Shown here one piece after another: positions 13,799-27,729 of a stretch of DNA of 64,000 nucleotides. The notes beneath the pieces are model-generated. The model made no database searches and was not told where the DNA came from. It saw nothing but the letters and a program-made list of their open reading frames with translations. The position numbers were made by a program, and so were the translations under genes. Source of the DNA: Amoebidium appalachense. Its lineage: Eukaryota; Protista; Ichthyosporea. The stretch spans positions 3,410,001 through 3,474,000 of the forward strand of contig CAVNZM010000015.1 in assembly GCA_963693365.1 (NCBI GenBank), given 5' to 3'. Within the stretch, counting starts at the first letter, position 1. The number at the start of each line of letters is the position of its first letter.

Positions 13799-14654
13799 TA
13801 GTACACTCAGCGCATCAATAGACAACGGGGGGGGGGGGGGGGGGGGGGGGGGGACAAATATTCTTTTTCTTAGCACGGGGCGGGGGGGGGGGGGGGGGGG
13901 GGGTGTTTCCGAGGCACATTCTCATAGAAGGCATTCATGGTACATGGGGGATGTCGAATAGAATTAGCATATTATAAACCCGATTGAGATAAAAGAGGGG
14001 GAGATAATAGGAAGTCGTGAAAAGTTGTTGAGCTGGAAAACTGTACCGACGGGGTGCTAAAGGGAGACTCTAAGGGCTTGCACCTGCTACTTATCAGGTT
14101 TGAGGGCTTTCTATCGGTTTGAGGTCAAGGGGGCAGACAGGGGTAAAAGGGAAAATGTGGCTGCGAAAAAGGAGAGAGCAGAATACATACATGGAATGAG
14201 TGGTTGCCGTTGAGCTTTCCAACGTAGGTGACGGTCTCGTAGGGGCACGTGATGGTGCCTCCGCCCAGACTCGTCACGTCCGCGGCCTGAAGTTCATGAG
14301 CTCCGGTTTGTATCACCTGTAAAAAGGAGGCAATCAGGTTGAGGTTCTGCAGCAATTTGCATCATGCTTACCAGCTAATTGGATTTTGCACATCATTTAG
14401 GTACTATAATGACAGGATGTGAAGCAGGATGGAGAGGGTATTTAGGGGGGTTCCGACCTTTCCTGGCTGAGTTCAACCGTTAGTGGAGCAACGTCTACGA
14501 CAATTGAGGAACTCGTGCGTTCAGAGTGGACATGAAGACGTACTGTACAAGCGGGTTGGTGTTTGTGTGTGTGCGTGCGTGCTTGCGCGCGCGCACGCGC
14601 GCGCGCGCGTGTGTGTATGTGTGTGTGTGTATGTGTGTGTATGTGTGTGTGTGT

Positions 14655-14693
<39 letters not shown>

Positions 14694-15214
14694 CGCTTGT
14701 GTGTGTGTGTTTGTGAGCGCATTTGTCACATGGCCCATCGTCGAAGTTCAGCCACCTACCTTGTACTTGAACGAGACGCTGCACGGTCCCATGCTGACTA
14801 GAGCCTGGCACATTTGTGCTGGGAATGTAAGAGGGCACCCCATCACCTGGCCTTCAATGGTTACTTCTTTGTTCGCATGGCTGTACGACAGTTGGAGTGG
14901 TGTCGCTATTCCTGAGTGTGTGCACGAATACTATAAACTTGCCGTATTTGGGACTCATCAAATTCAAACAGTATCCAGCATCAGACGTGCCAGTGTTAAA
15001 AGCCTCTGCGCCTCCGAGCTGTGCAAACCCCCCTGGTCCTTGGCATTGACGACAGTCAGGCGGAAATCGCTACCTGGAACAATGCATGTCGAGAAGTCGG
15101 TGTTCGCTGATGCAATTCCAATTGTGCCATTACCGCTGGAGCTGGTGGGGATCGGATTAGAGGTTGCTGAAGCACCTGCTGTAGACGGTGGTGGGGGCGG
15201 CGGAGCCGGCGCCA

Positions 15215-15744
15215 CTACCAGGGTGCACACACGGCAGTACCGTCTCCGGTGTAACCGCTCTTGCATGCGCATGTGCGGGATCCGATTGTGTTCGTGCAAG
15301 TGGCGCCAGAACTGCACCCGTCGTTGTTCGTTTGGCATTCGTCAACGTCGGAACACGTGATCCCGTCACCTGTATAACCAACGTTGCACGTGCATGTTTT
15401 TGTTCCGGCGCTGCTGCCGCACGACGCATTCACACTGCAACCGCCGTTGTTTGTTGCACACGCATCCACAAATGTACACGTAAACCCATCACCATTGTAT
15501 CCAGTCTTGCATGCGCATGCGAACGACCCTTGCGTGTTGGTGCACACGCCGTCGGCAGCGTCGCAGCCCCCATTGCTGGCGAGGCATTCGTTAAAATCTG
15601 CGCATGTTTTCCCGCTGCCTGTGTAGCCAGTGTTGCAGCCTGTGTAGCCAGTGTTGCAGGTGCATGTTGCATTCCCGGTGTTCGGCGTGCAGGTGGCGGT
15701 GTTGATTGCACATCCTGCTGCGCCTGTTGTGCAGAAGTTTAAAT
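15215..15744 (-). CDS. Exon with four EGF / calcium-binding EGF repeats
   Basis: DLNFCTTGAAGCAINTATC...DFNECLASNGGC...CTNTQGSFACACKTGYNGDGFTC...DVDECQTNNDGC...CACKSGYTGDG. cag acceptor at 15747-15745. In-frame 21-bp duplication (CNTGYTG x2) at 15617-15658. Confidence 0.9.
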
Positions 15745-17020
15745 CTGTGTGGGAAAACGTGTGTCGGATGATTAGATTTAGGTCGTGCTGCTCCTGGTTC
15801 TGCCCAGCCGACCTCGTAAGTTATGATCAATACCAACCATTCAAATATGTCGATTATTTCACCTACATCAACATGTCCACCTGTATTTAACACAGCGATC
15901 ATCATGTTAATAAATGGTTTTATTTGTGGAAATTATTGACATAAATATTTTTCTGGGTAAACACGTAGGATGGGTGTCCGATATCAACAGGCTTTGTTTC
16001 ATGTTTTAGCAGTTCGCGTTCGGCTGCCCGCATACGGGCACCTATTAGCCGATCAAAACATCAGATTCCACAGATCACTAGACCGAGTCTGATTGGCTCA
16101 GGATAAGATTTCACATAACACTAGATCGGTTTTGATTGGCTCAGTTCGGTAGCCGTAGGTATATAAGCACGACAGTTTTTAGCAGATCAGCAGGCAACAA
16201 CACATCTTCTGTGTTTAGCACCTACAGCTTTACAGCTATATTTTCTTTTCACCCACCCACCTACACCCTACACTCAACCCCCATTGATCCCCACATACGT
16301 GCTGTTTTTTCACGGGGCGAAGACTTCCCCCGTTTTTTGGGCACAAGGACCTCACGGATCAATAGATTGATGACTGGGGGCCTGCCGTGGTTTACAACCA
16401 TTGCAGGTTCACTTTCGTCCAAGGGGATGTCCCCCTAGAGGCAACACACGTCCCGGAGTAGTTTTCATAGATGCCACATTAATACACACCACAATAAATG
16501 GCCACATTGATACACATCATAAAAAATGGCCACATCAATACAATATAAAAGACAAATAGTCCTTAGCCTACTCTAGTTGTTGAACTAGCAGCACAGCAAA
16601 AAACACACTATGCAACACATGTCTCTCACACACCTGGAGCCACTGGAATATAGCCCAGGCTCTTGTTTGCAGTGGTTGCTGTCAGGTTCAAGTTGTTGAT
16701 AGTTGCCACCGTGATGTTGCTCACCCACGTGTCGGTCAGCAAATTAGACGAGTTGATGTATGCCGTTGGCTTGGGCAGACTGGCTAGATCAAGTGCTACA
16801 ACATAGCTCCCTGGTGGCAGCGTGGTGCTGAAAGACCCATTGCAGTGGTTGTGGCAGTGTCAAAGGTGGACGGAGATGCTGGGTGGTAGAATCTGTGGTG
16901 TTTTGCCCATCCGCAAATTATATTAGCTTCCGAATCACCCCTCCCCCCCCCTCCCCCCCCCCCCCCTCCCCCCCCTCCCCCAAACACGTCCACACGTACA
17001 CACGTACACACATACACACA

Positions 17021-17086
<66 letters not shown>

Positions 17087-17993
17087 GTGACACACACTTT
17101 CCCTTCTACCCCTTCTCCCCATCCTGGTACGTGCACCTCCAACCAATCAGCTGCAAAGACATGGTATCCAACTATGGACGGGCAGAGCAAGGAACACTGT
17201 CAATATAATAATACCTGAGTGTTGCGTTGCTCAACGGCTGATCACCGGCCTGGCCACAAAAACTTTCAATATTCTAGTTTTTTACACCAGATGCGGAAGA
17301 AAATTGATATTCCAGTCTTTATATACCTATGGCAAAATAAAAACTTAAGGATGTCCCACTTTTTTATACTAATGCTCGAATTTGTCACCAACTTGCACGT
17401 TAATGTTGTAAGTCTCCAAATGAAGGTCAAAGAAAAAAGAAAGAAAGAAAAGAATGTACCATGCACTCCTTGCAGCCAGCTCACTTGAGAGAAATGGAAG
17501 GGGGGTGGGGAGAGGGGGAGGGGTGGGGGGGCAGCACTGAGTGGATGGTGGGGAAGATGAGGAGAGGGGTGGTGGTGGTGGGGGAGGGGGGGGGGAGGGG
17601 GGGAGGGGGGAGGCGGGGGAGGGAGAGATTGGGAGGCGGGGAGGGGGGCGGGGGGAGAGGGGAGGGGGGAGGGATGTAAAACTGCTTAGAGCCGGTGCTT
17701 CAAGTGCTAAGCCTCATAGTGGGATTAAAGTTGACGGATGGTTTTTTTTTTTGCATTGTCTTTTGCTCTTTGTTTGAAGGGGGAGGGGGGGGGGGGGGGG
17801 AGAGTCTTGCCAGGCAATGTTGTTGAGTTTCCTGGAGCCTTGCTTGGCAATGCTTATGAAATTTTCAAACCCCCAAACCCCCTTTCTTTTGCATACAGGG
17901 GGAGGGGAGGGGGGGGGAGGGGGGGGGGGGGGGGGGGAAGGGGCCGTGTACCAGAGCTCTAAGTGCACATCCACAACGAACAGCACGTGGCGC

Positions 17994-18029
<36 letters not shown>

Positions 18030-20445
18030 CTGGCTCTGTGAGCTTACAGCTAATGAAGACGGAGTAATATAGTAGGTGGGGACCAGTGACGGGCAAGTGT
18101 TGTACAGGTACGGCAGGACGGGGCGTTGCTAGCCGAGTAGGCAATGTGCGTGCAGTTGGGGGTGTTGCGGCACAAGACACCACACGTCGCAGCGTTCTCC
18201 GAAAAGCCCTGGAATATTGGTGTGCCGCTGCATGTGTAGTAGTAGGTGATGGAGTGTGCTCGTGCGATTCCTGCAGTAGAACGTGGTGAGTGGAACAACT
18301 TAAGGGTAGGTGAGCTAGGGGAAGAGCAGCATAGTTGAATTATTGGGACGATTAGGACCTTGGGGCGGTTGAGGGTAGGGACGGGGTTGTTGTCCGGGGG
18401 GAGGGGGGGGGGGGGGGAGGGGAGGGAGGGGGGGGGGGGGGGGGGTAACCATGTGCCGATGCCACGTGCAGCCTAAGGCAGGTTCTCCATGCAAGTAATA
18501 GAAAGATGTGTGCATTCGACCGGTCAAAAACACTATCACAGCAACAGTGTGGTGCACGTGATATGATGAAATCACGGAAAATAGCCTTCTCAACCTTAAT
18601 AAGAAACCATTCTTCTATATTGTCATAGCCTCGGGTATAAATTGCAGAGCCTGGGCTCAGTGGTTGGTCTCAGCAACCGATGATGACTCGGGGGTTACGA
18701 CTCACACATGCGCAGACTCGCAAAGCTACTTGTACTGTGATAACTCTAATGGTAGAGCGAGATGTAGAAGCCAAGAAGGAGGAGGGGGGAGGTGTGTGTG
18801 TGTGGGGGGGGGGGGGGGGGGGAGGGGGGGGGGAGGGGGGGGGGGGGGGAGGAGGCATACCCATGGAAAAGGGTGGAGCTGGACCCTCGACCTTCCATTA
18901 TCTTGAGGCAGCGAATGGGGTGTCGATGTCTGGAGCAATGGCGCCTTTTACTGTGCTGGTCATTGAGATGCAATTCACACACCGACCCCATGTTGTATTC
19001 CAGGGTGTCAGCAGGGTGTACAGGTTTGGGTCCAGACGAAACGGGGTCATGTCCATGCCAGGACTGGCCGAAGTCACGTTCAACAGCCCGTCACGAATCA
19101 AGCTGTCGAACAATGCACCACTTTTGAAGCAATTAGTGCACCTGGTTACGAACTTTGGGTCACTCCAGTCGTTCTGAAGCGCCATCATCTTGCCGTTCGC
19201 CTTCCACACAGGAAAAAAATTCGAAGCACCTTGAAGTTCGCGTCCGGTTGGAAGGATGGACACCATAAAATCGTTTGTGTTTGGATTGGCAGATTGTGTT
19301 GCATCGATGCAGTTAAATCCTCGGTGCATGAGGAAGCCGCTTGCAGGGTTAAAAAGGCGAAGCTGAGCTCCGGGCTGGAACCGATGTGTCTCTGTATGAA
19401 GAGTTGAAGTCGATGGGAAGCAGTGTAAGCTACACAAGCCAATCATAAGGCTGCATTTAATTTACACAGGAACAGTGTCACCAAGAACTAATAACCTGTA
19501 ACGCCATGGCCCTGTACCGTGCTTATATCATTCATATCATATGCATTTTTGAACCGTGCCCATGTCATTAATGTTCATTTCCCGCATTTTCGAGGTGAAT
19601 CTGTTGCTGTTGTTGATTGAAATCATCACCGATGATAAAGCATCGGCAGTCATTCAGAGTAAAGAAATTTGTGGCAGCACCACAGCAAACAAGAGAACAC
19701 CATGACTTTAGGGCCAAACTTTCTCGATTATGATCATAAGCTGCTGCGGGCACTGATTTTGTATAAGGCTCCACTTGGCTGTACAAGCCCCCACCCGCCA
19801 AGCACAGGGTATCCAGTAAATAAAAAGTAGAGGAAAAAGAATGAGGTGAATTGGGATGGGAATAATTGCCTCTTGTGCGGTACACGGAGAGCATCCACGG
19901 TCCCCCGCAGACTTGATAGTTCTTGGTTGAGTTGGTCCTGCCGCAAGGAGTGTCGCAAGTGACCGTGGGACCCAGCAGCTGGGTGGTGTTGAAGCAGTGG
20001 CAGTCTGTTCCAGTATACGTCACAGTGATGTTCTTGTAAGTATCACTTGCATTGTGGTGAATTTTTAGAAATGTTTAAACGCATTCAAATCATTGAATGC
20101 CAGTCCTTGTAATAATGCACCAACAGGGTAGCGCTTGTTGCTGACGTTTGGATAAGGTTTGTAGAAAAAGACTGAACTATTGTGGCCGGGTGGCCGGCGC
20201 CCCATATGCACGAAAAAAGAGCAAACACTTCAGTCTGTGCATCATACTCGCCGTGGTTCAAACACAAATTTCACACTGACGGGTCACGCACCACCCTGCA
20301 AGAAAATTGAAAAAGGTGTGGCCGCGATAATCATGTGGAGCTTAAGCATAATCTAACAAAGGTGATGTTTTTCAGGTAAAGAGATGTAAATGAGTGTAAA
20401 TTAGTACACTTCACAAATATGAAACAGAAAGTGAAATAGCCACCA

Positions 20446-20925
20446 TGTAAACAACTGTACACATGAACTGTACATGTTTACTAAAGAATGTGATCTACTA
20501 GCACACGATTCGTGCTTTGTCATGAATATCACATAAATATTATGTCCGCACCAATAGGACTCACTCTGACCTAAGAATTGAACCATATATGGTTCTTCAG
20601 CTGCATACCACATAAACGAAGTGAACCAATAAGAGGTTTGCATAAATAGGACAAAGGTCTGACTGGCTCGGACCGCACCAGAATCACGAATGGCATGTTG
20701 CCACCCGCGCTGGCCGCGGATGAACCAATCCTGGGCCTTGATCCGAAACCTGGGGGCTATATAACAAAGCCGTCCCAGTACGGGGATCACATCAGTGAAG
20801 TCTGAGACAGACTGAGTCGGCCCATAGTAAAAGCAACCTGGCCGCGTGTGCCTTTCTACCCGTTCTCTGTCTTTATTTTGATTCAGTTGTACTCTGCCTT
20901 ATCCTAACTAGTCCAACTGTTTACA
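20446..20925 (+). repeat. 5' LTR
   Basis: TG...CA ends with an 8-bp terminal inverted repeat; TATATAA at ~20758; AGTAAA at ~20826. Confidence 0.97.
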
Positions 20926-20926
20926 T

Positions 20927-20940
20927 TGGCGACCGCGCAG
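20927..20940 (+). promoter_or_regulatory. Primer-binding site (possibly tRNA-Arg)
   Basis: TGGCGACCG... 1 nt after the 5' LTR; TGG pairs with the tRNA CCA end; resembles the tRNA-Arg PBS of the 412/mdg1 lineage. Confidence 0.75.
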
Positions 20941-21913
20941 TTCAAGAATCTCGCATCCTTCGAATCTCACATCTTTCAATCAGTTCAAGAATCTCACATC
21001 TTTCAATCAGCTCAAGAATCTCCCATGGCCGATCACAATCCTTTTTACCCCGATGATAGGCACATCTTTCCTTGTCCGGCTTAGAATATATACACCTACA
21101 AGTTTGAAGTGGCCAGCCCACCTACACGGAAAGAATTGAAAGCATGTAAAACTTCTTTTGCTACGACACATCAAAAATGTGAAGAAAAACGAATACACAA
21201 CGAAACAACGAATACACGAACAAACGAATAAAGAATTGCTAACGAAGCAATGAACCAACGAAAAACGAACCATCACGAATACGCAATGAAATAAAGAATT
21301 AACGACAAACGATTGCATAGAGGAAATACGAAATGAATGCAACACGAAAACAAAACGAAGTAACGAAGTTATCAAACGACAAAAAACGAAAAACGAAAGC
21401 AAAATGAACTGGAAATACGAAAATGAAAGGACAAATGCACAACACTGCTTGGGTTGCAATGCACACAGCCCCCTCTATGTTAGGAAGAAAATAAAACCGT
21501 TGCCCTTGCGTGCATTGCCCTATTGCACACTGCCATCGTGTCCATGCCACCGCATGCACGTCCACACTCGCAAGCCAGATGCACGACCACTTTCAGCACA
21601 AATGCACTTAACGAAGAAGATAGTCGCTGTTGCTATAGCATGTAGGACCTAAGATCTTATGAAAGTAGTGTTGCATGCATGCTTCGAATCCCTTGCTGTT
21701 CTCGAATACAGCATGCCCCATAGTTTAGCGCCCAGGATGCACAACATGCGCATGAATGTATGCTGGCATGCCTAAACACATTACGAACATATGCCTGACT
21801 CATGTATGGCGGCCCTTCCTGGTGCCACGCCCTAACGAATTTGCACTCTTGGTGCACAAAAGGCATGTAATAAAGTCGATGCAGAACTTTTGTTCATGCA
21901 TGTGAAAAACAAA

Positions 21914-22270
21914 GAAGGTGTTGGGTACGAATTTTAAGGTGAATGCCCGTCTGTGGCAATACGGTGTAACATACCAATTACACTGTCAAGCCTTGCACTA
22001 GCTGCCGGCACACCCCCACCAGAACAAAAGAATGTGGTATGGGCACCGCTCCCTCACAACCCCATCATACAGTGTCAGTATTTTGGCTGGAAGCCTTTCA
22101 GTTTCGAATTACGAATACCCTCCTTCACTACTGAAGAAAGTGACGTGGAAGACAAATACGAATACGAATGCAAGGTGTTGTTGACTAACACATCGGACCA
22201 TCATGTGTACCTACTAGGCCCTGGTACGGAGGTGACCATGTTATTCCCTTGCAATATGATGACACTGTAA
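21914..22270 (+). pseudogene. Degenerate trimeric dUTPase-like sequence inside the LTR element
   Basis: EGVGYEF* (motif I-like AGYDL) is in frame with SDVEDKYEYECKVLLTNTSDHHVYLLGPGTEVTML (motif III/IV-like IDxDYxGEIxVxLxN...GxRIAQL). Confidence 0.45.
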
Positions 22271-23508
22271 CAATTTAGCACGTGCATACCCCACCAATGG
22301 GCACATGCGGGAGACAACCCCACAAGCTGCCTTATTGGGCACCTCTGCTAAAACGAATATTCTTCTCACGAAGGAACAGAAGAATGCCACGAACACGAAC
22401 CACACACTCACCAGGCAGCTACTTACATCTAATGTATGTAAGAAGTAGGGTGTGTGAACGGGGTAACTTCATGAACACCAACACGAAAGAAAGCACAGCA
22501 CAAAGCAGTTCCACGAATACGAATGGTTTTGGTATTCCACACAACGAACAGAACCTACAGTAGGGCCACCTACAAATGAAGCAGAGGATGGGGCACCATC
22601 CAGACCTGCACTGGAGGATATGAAAACACGAAGCGCGCTCACGAAGTTGCTTACAAAAGAAAGGGCGACTCCGACGACTTTTCTTTTTAGGCCAAGCCTC
22701 CAGAAGAATGTATTATGCCTGGAATCCCCCTGCTCAACGAAAATGGCTGGCAAATGGGATACGAAAACTGCTCACGAATGGAAGCATGTGTTTTCGGAAG
22801 GAGGCTTGCTTTGCCTACCCTCTTCTTATGAATTATGAACCGGGCTTTTACTGGTTCTGACGGGTGATATATTTCTTTATGTCGCCCAACGAAGAACACT
22901 TGGGCATTTTTATTCATGTTTTTCCCAGCTCCGATGATGCAGAGTTAAAGCTGAAAGGAAAGAAGTGCTATTTGTTCATGAAAGAAGCGGCTTTTCCGGC
23001 CATGGTGACTCGCCTTACAGTCTTATGGTAGAACCGGGATAAGGAGCAGTGGCTAAGCCTTGAAGCTATCCACCACTACCTGAGCTACGAAGTGACCTAA
23101 GGCTCGAGTTATATTCATTATCGAATGTTTGGTATGATCATTCATCCACACAACCAAATTACTCGCAATTGAAAACGAATCTGCGGGAGTATCCTAAAAA
23201 GGAAAAATTCCCAAAAAGGAAAATACTACTTCTACAGAAAAGCCAAGCACAGAGACGAAGGCTTAGCGAATTATTCGCACGCACACTCTGCAACAATCTT
23301 CGCCACGAAAATGAAATCACAGAAGAATGCTGCATGAATTTACGTTTTGGCAAATGAAGAAGTGCTCATAGACGTGCACAACTCTATTCCACCGTCCTTG
23401 CTCTGTTCTGTCCAGCAGCTCGGCACACACAAGAATTCTCGCTGAAGGTTGTTTATCGCCTCTCAGCCTGGTGGTTTGCTTGTCTAACGACACCACCAGG
23501 CTCCCGAC

Positions 23509-23519
23509 AAGGGGGGGAG
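23509..23519 (+). promoter_or_regulatory. Polypurine tract
   Basis: AAGGGGGGGAG immediately before the 3' LTR. Confidence 0.9.
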
Positions 23520-23999
23520 TGTAAACAACTGTACACATGAACTGTACATGTTTACTAAAGAATGTGATCTACTAGCACACGATTCGTGCTTTGTCATGAA
23601 TATCACATAAATATTATGTCCGCACCAATAGGACTCACTCTGACCTAAGAATTGAACCATATATGGTTCTTCAGCTGCATACCACATAAACGAAGTGAAC
23701 CAATAAGAGGTTTGCATAAATAGGACAAAGGTCTGACTGGCTCGGACCGCACCAGAATCACGAATGGCATGTTGCCACCCGCGCTGGCCGCGGATGAACC
23801 AATCCTGGGCCTTGATCCGAAACCTGGGGGCTATATAACAAAGCCGTCCCAGTACGGGGATCACATCAGTGAAGTCTGAGACAGACTGAGTCGGCCCATA
23901 GTAAAAGCAACCTGGCCGCGTGTGCCTTTCTACCCGTTCTCTGTCTTTATTTTGATTCAGTTGTACTCTGCCTTATCCTAACTAGTCCAACTGTTTACA
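23520..23999 (+). repeat. 3' LTR
   Basis: Direct copy of 20446-20925. Confidence 0.97.
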
Positions 24000-25892
24000 C
24001 ACCACCAGCAGCGTCTTGAGGTGTCAAAAACGGCCTAATATTAGGTAAGGCTGAACTCAGAACTATGCTAAAACCTGAGGCACGCATTACGTTGCGATAT
24101 GTATGTTAAGTGTGCACATTTTGTAATGTGGGTATACTGAATGGTAAGTTTGTCCCGTGGGGCCCTCAGACCCACCAATGCAGACGTGGCTGGACAAGAG
24201 GTTACAAAGACTTCAAAAAATAAAACTGAAATGTGCATGTAATATTAGTCTTAGGCACATGCACTGCCGTGGTCATAATGTTCCTGCGCGCTGAAGAGAG
24301 GGGGGGAAGAGGGGGGGGGGGGGGGGAGGAGGATGGCTACCTGCAATGCAAAATACTTTGTTCCAGCAACTGTACACATGTCGCTGCAAAACTCCAGGCT
24401 CATCACCTCCACACTGGTGTACACAATCGACCCCATAGCGCGAATAGCTGCGTCTTGCATGCAGCCAACATAGTCATCTTCCAACAAGTGCCCACCAGGG
24501 ATTGAATTCCCTCAATCAGTATAGGCTGGTATGAGAGTGCTTGAAGAAACGTGTCGTTTTGTTTCACTCCCATGAATCGGTGTTTGACTGAATTTGCCGA
24601 TATTCAAAGGAATGTGTGGATGGCGCTAAAAGCTTTTGCCAGGTGTGGGGCCAATCACACAGCGAAGAGAGAGCAGGCCAGAGGTAGAGGGGGGACCCAG
24701 TGGAAGGAGAGAGCAGGAACCCAAGCATGGCAATTAAGCACCAACTCATCGCATGACAAAATCACGTTGGCGGTTTGTGACTTACAGCGGATGTAATATG
24801 AGTCATACGACATAGCAGAAAAGTTGTGGCCCAGGTATAAGTGCACTTAAGTGCACTAAACCATAGTTCAATATGTGTTGGGAAACGATACAGGTGTGCC
24901 ATACATACCTGTTGCTTCACGGTTGTAAGCATAGACCTTCGTGGCATTAGTAGCCCAGCAACTCAACTCCGTGCTCCCGGGTGGTAGATAACATTGGGAG
25001 TTGCACGAAGTGATGGATGAGAGTGTGCCGCTCACAGTGTTGCCGCAATAGCATGTCTTTCCTCCCGATATTCCATAATAGGTGAACGGCTCCAAGGACG
25101 TGACACACGATCGCCGACATCTATCAGGAGTTATGGCAAAGTTGAAGGTAATAGCTAACCCGTCGAGGGCAGGCTGGCTGCCATTGTGAACATAGCAGCC
25201 CTGCAGATGTTGGCCTGAAAAAGCGGATGAAGTGTTAGTTTGGAGTAAACTTCATGCTGGTTTCCGCAGCTCACTTTCGCAGCTCAAGTTGTCTGGAGGT
25301 TGCTTCACAAACATGATAGCAACGGCCATACCGATGAAAAACAAAATAATCTTTCTACAAATGTAGAACAGTATCAGACAGAGACGGTCAAACACGACCA
25401 TGGAAAAACTTGTACTGTACATGTTCAGTGCTCAGTGCCGCTCGGTATCTTACTACAGTACCAATATTGCATCGGGCAAACGTGTGGAACCCTTACCTTG
25501 GTAGGTGGTGAACGGAGTGGCGGCTGCATAAATCGTGTGATGTTCGTGTCCAGGTTTCCCCAGGCATAAGCCTTATTCGCACCCAGTTTCACCCAAAAAT
25601 TATTTTGAAGGCATGGCGCTGGGCAAACCCATGTGGTCCCAGTAACGTCAGTGGCGTAAACAAAATTCCCATCTGTGGCAATTGTTGTAAAGCTTCCACC
25701 AACGGGCATTGCCAAGTAGGTGTTTGTGCTCTGACTGCATGGCAAACGACACCAGTGGGGGATGCCAGTCTGAGTGATGCCGTACGAATAGTTGCCGTCC
25801 GTAGCAATGCTGATCATCTCTGCATGGGGGGTGGAGTGGTGAAGGGGGGGGGGGGGGGGGGGAGGAGGGGACGGGAGCGGAGGGGGAGGTTA

Positions 25893-26004
25893 CAGGGGTG
25901 GTTCACAATCAAGATAATTCACCTATAAGATTATAGCGTTTGGTTTTTTTGAAAAAAAAATAAGATTCTAGAGTCTACCGAGGCTGGGGGAAAATTAAGA
26001 TAAC

Positions 26005-26035
<31 letters not shown>

Positions 26036-26285
26036 AGGCTTTGACTTCTCTTGGTGCACAACTCTCATTAATAAATAAAAGCATCTGGCAGATAATAGCA
26101 GCCTGGGTTTTCTTGGTTTCCTGCATCAGTATACATACAAGATGCAAGAATAAAAAAAAATCCCATCGTGTGTGTGTCTCCCACAAGCCAGTCTGCCAGA
26201 GTGTGTGTGGGTGGGTTTGGATGCATGTGCGAGCGTGTGCACCTGTTTGCGCACGCGCGTGCGTGCGTGTGTTTGGTGTGTGTTT

Positions 26286-26382
<97 letters not shown>

Positions 26383-26633
26383 ATGTGTAATGTGTGTGTG
26401 TGTGTGCCCACAAGTATGCGCATTAAAGGAAACTTTGAAAAAACGCCTACTCGTACCCGTACTAAACAGCTAGCCTCCCCCCCCCCCCCCCCCGCCCCGA
26501 TGGCCGGAGAGAGAGGGGGGGGGGGGAGGGGGGAGGGGGGATGGTTAAGATAATGAACCCTACCGCCCATGAACCTTAAGATTCTAGACTCTACCCCCGC
26601 TTTACCTGTTATCTTAAAGGTGAATCACCCCTG
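25893..26633. mobile_element. Tc1/mariner-type MITE, intronic
   Basis: TA|CAGGGGTGGTTCACAATCAAGATAA ... TTATCTTAAAGGTGAATCACCCCTG|TA: ~25-bp imperfect TIRs with flanking TA and no ORF. Confidence 0.75.
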
Positions 26634-27686
26634 TACAAGAAGCATGCACTTCAGGTAAATAAAAATGGGAAACACACCAAGTAGTGGGTGCTATGGCCCG
26701 ATTACAATCGTTTGGGCCAGGGCAACCACAAGAATGCCGTGACACTGTTATAACAAGCCTATGTTAATGTACATAGCAATTTTAACCTTGCTGATTGATG
26801 AGGCAAGAGTGGCAATATGCACGAGCTCGCTTAACATGAAGCAAAACCCGATGGAATTTGCGCATGGTAAGACATCTCCGTAAAACAGTGGCTAGCCAAA
26901 GGGTCACGAGTGGGCATCATCGTAATATAAAGTAGCCTGTCAGGGAGTAGCCGCATGATTAGGCGATGTGACAGGCGAGAGCCTGAAAACCCCAGACTGC
27001 CGCGTACCTGCCCTTCACTGGGGCGCTGGAACAAAATATGTGGCAGGAGTCTCTTTCCAACAACCGTTACCGATGTGGTTATTAATCATCATTGCTATTG
27101 TTCAATACCTATTCGTGGAGAGGCCGGGTGATGGTGATGGTCACAGTGGTGGTGGTGGTGGTGGTGGTGAGTGTGTGTGTGCTGGGGGAGGAGGGGGGAG
27201 GGGGGGGGGGGGGGGGGGAGGGGGGGGGGGGGGGGGGGGGGGAGGGGGTTGAAAAGAGGGAAGGGGATGCGCATTACATACTGTCACGGTGTCACTGGAT
27301 CAAAGGGTGGCAAACCGGAAGGAAGAAGAGTTTCGAATTAAGCCACCAACCCTAAAACACTAAACAGCAACCATACCCTGAGAGAGATATTGTGGAGCCG
27401 GCCGGAAAACACTTAAACAGAACCCATCACCACGTGCGCCGAGATGTTTGTACACAGTCTAAAGAAGGTTCTTTGTTTAACAGATGATGTATTGACTTGA
27501 CAAGAGGCTTGTCAACCTCCTGAACCCTGACACGGTAAACACATTCTTGCGAATCCCGGCAACACGGATGAAGAGTACGGTTGTGGTAGTTGTGCACGTT
27601 GGGGGTTGGGGTGGGGTGGGGTTGGGGGGTGGGTGGATGGGGGGAGGGGGCGGGGCGGGGGGGGGGTGGGTGGATGGGGGAGGGGG

Positions 27687-27729
<43 letters not shown>

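Larger units (their letters stand above)
20446..23999 (+). mobile_element. Very young non-autonomous LTR retrotransposon (probably Ty3/gypsy-derived), intronic
   Basis: Two 480-bp LTRs TGTAAACA...TGTTTACA with no difference found by eye. 5-bp TSD CACCA (20441-45, 24000-04). PBS and PPT present. No gag/pol ORF in the 2.6-kb interior. Confidence 0.97.

Noticed and set aside
13716-13830. Helitron 3' end as the explanation for the hairpin
   Set aside because: The hairpin is much longer than typical and no CTRR terminus follows at the expected distance.
14563-15742. Plus-strand ORFs of 265 and 184 aa, one superficially GPS-like
   Set aside because: Antisense to clear EGF-coding exons, and the 265-aa ORF begins in a microsatellite.
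20401-20790. Duplicated 126-129-aa ORF (also 23484-23864)
   Set aside because: Antisense reading of the LTR with no protein features.
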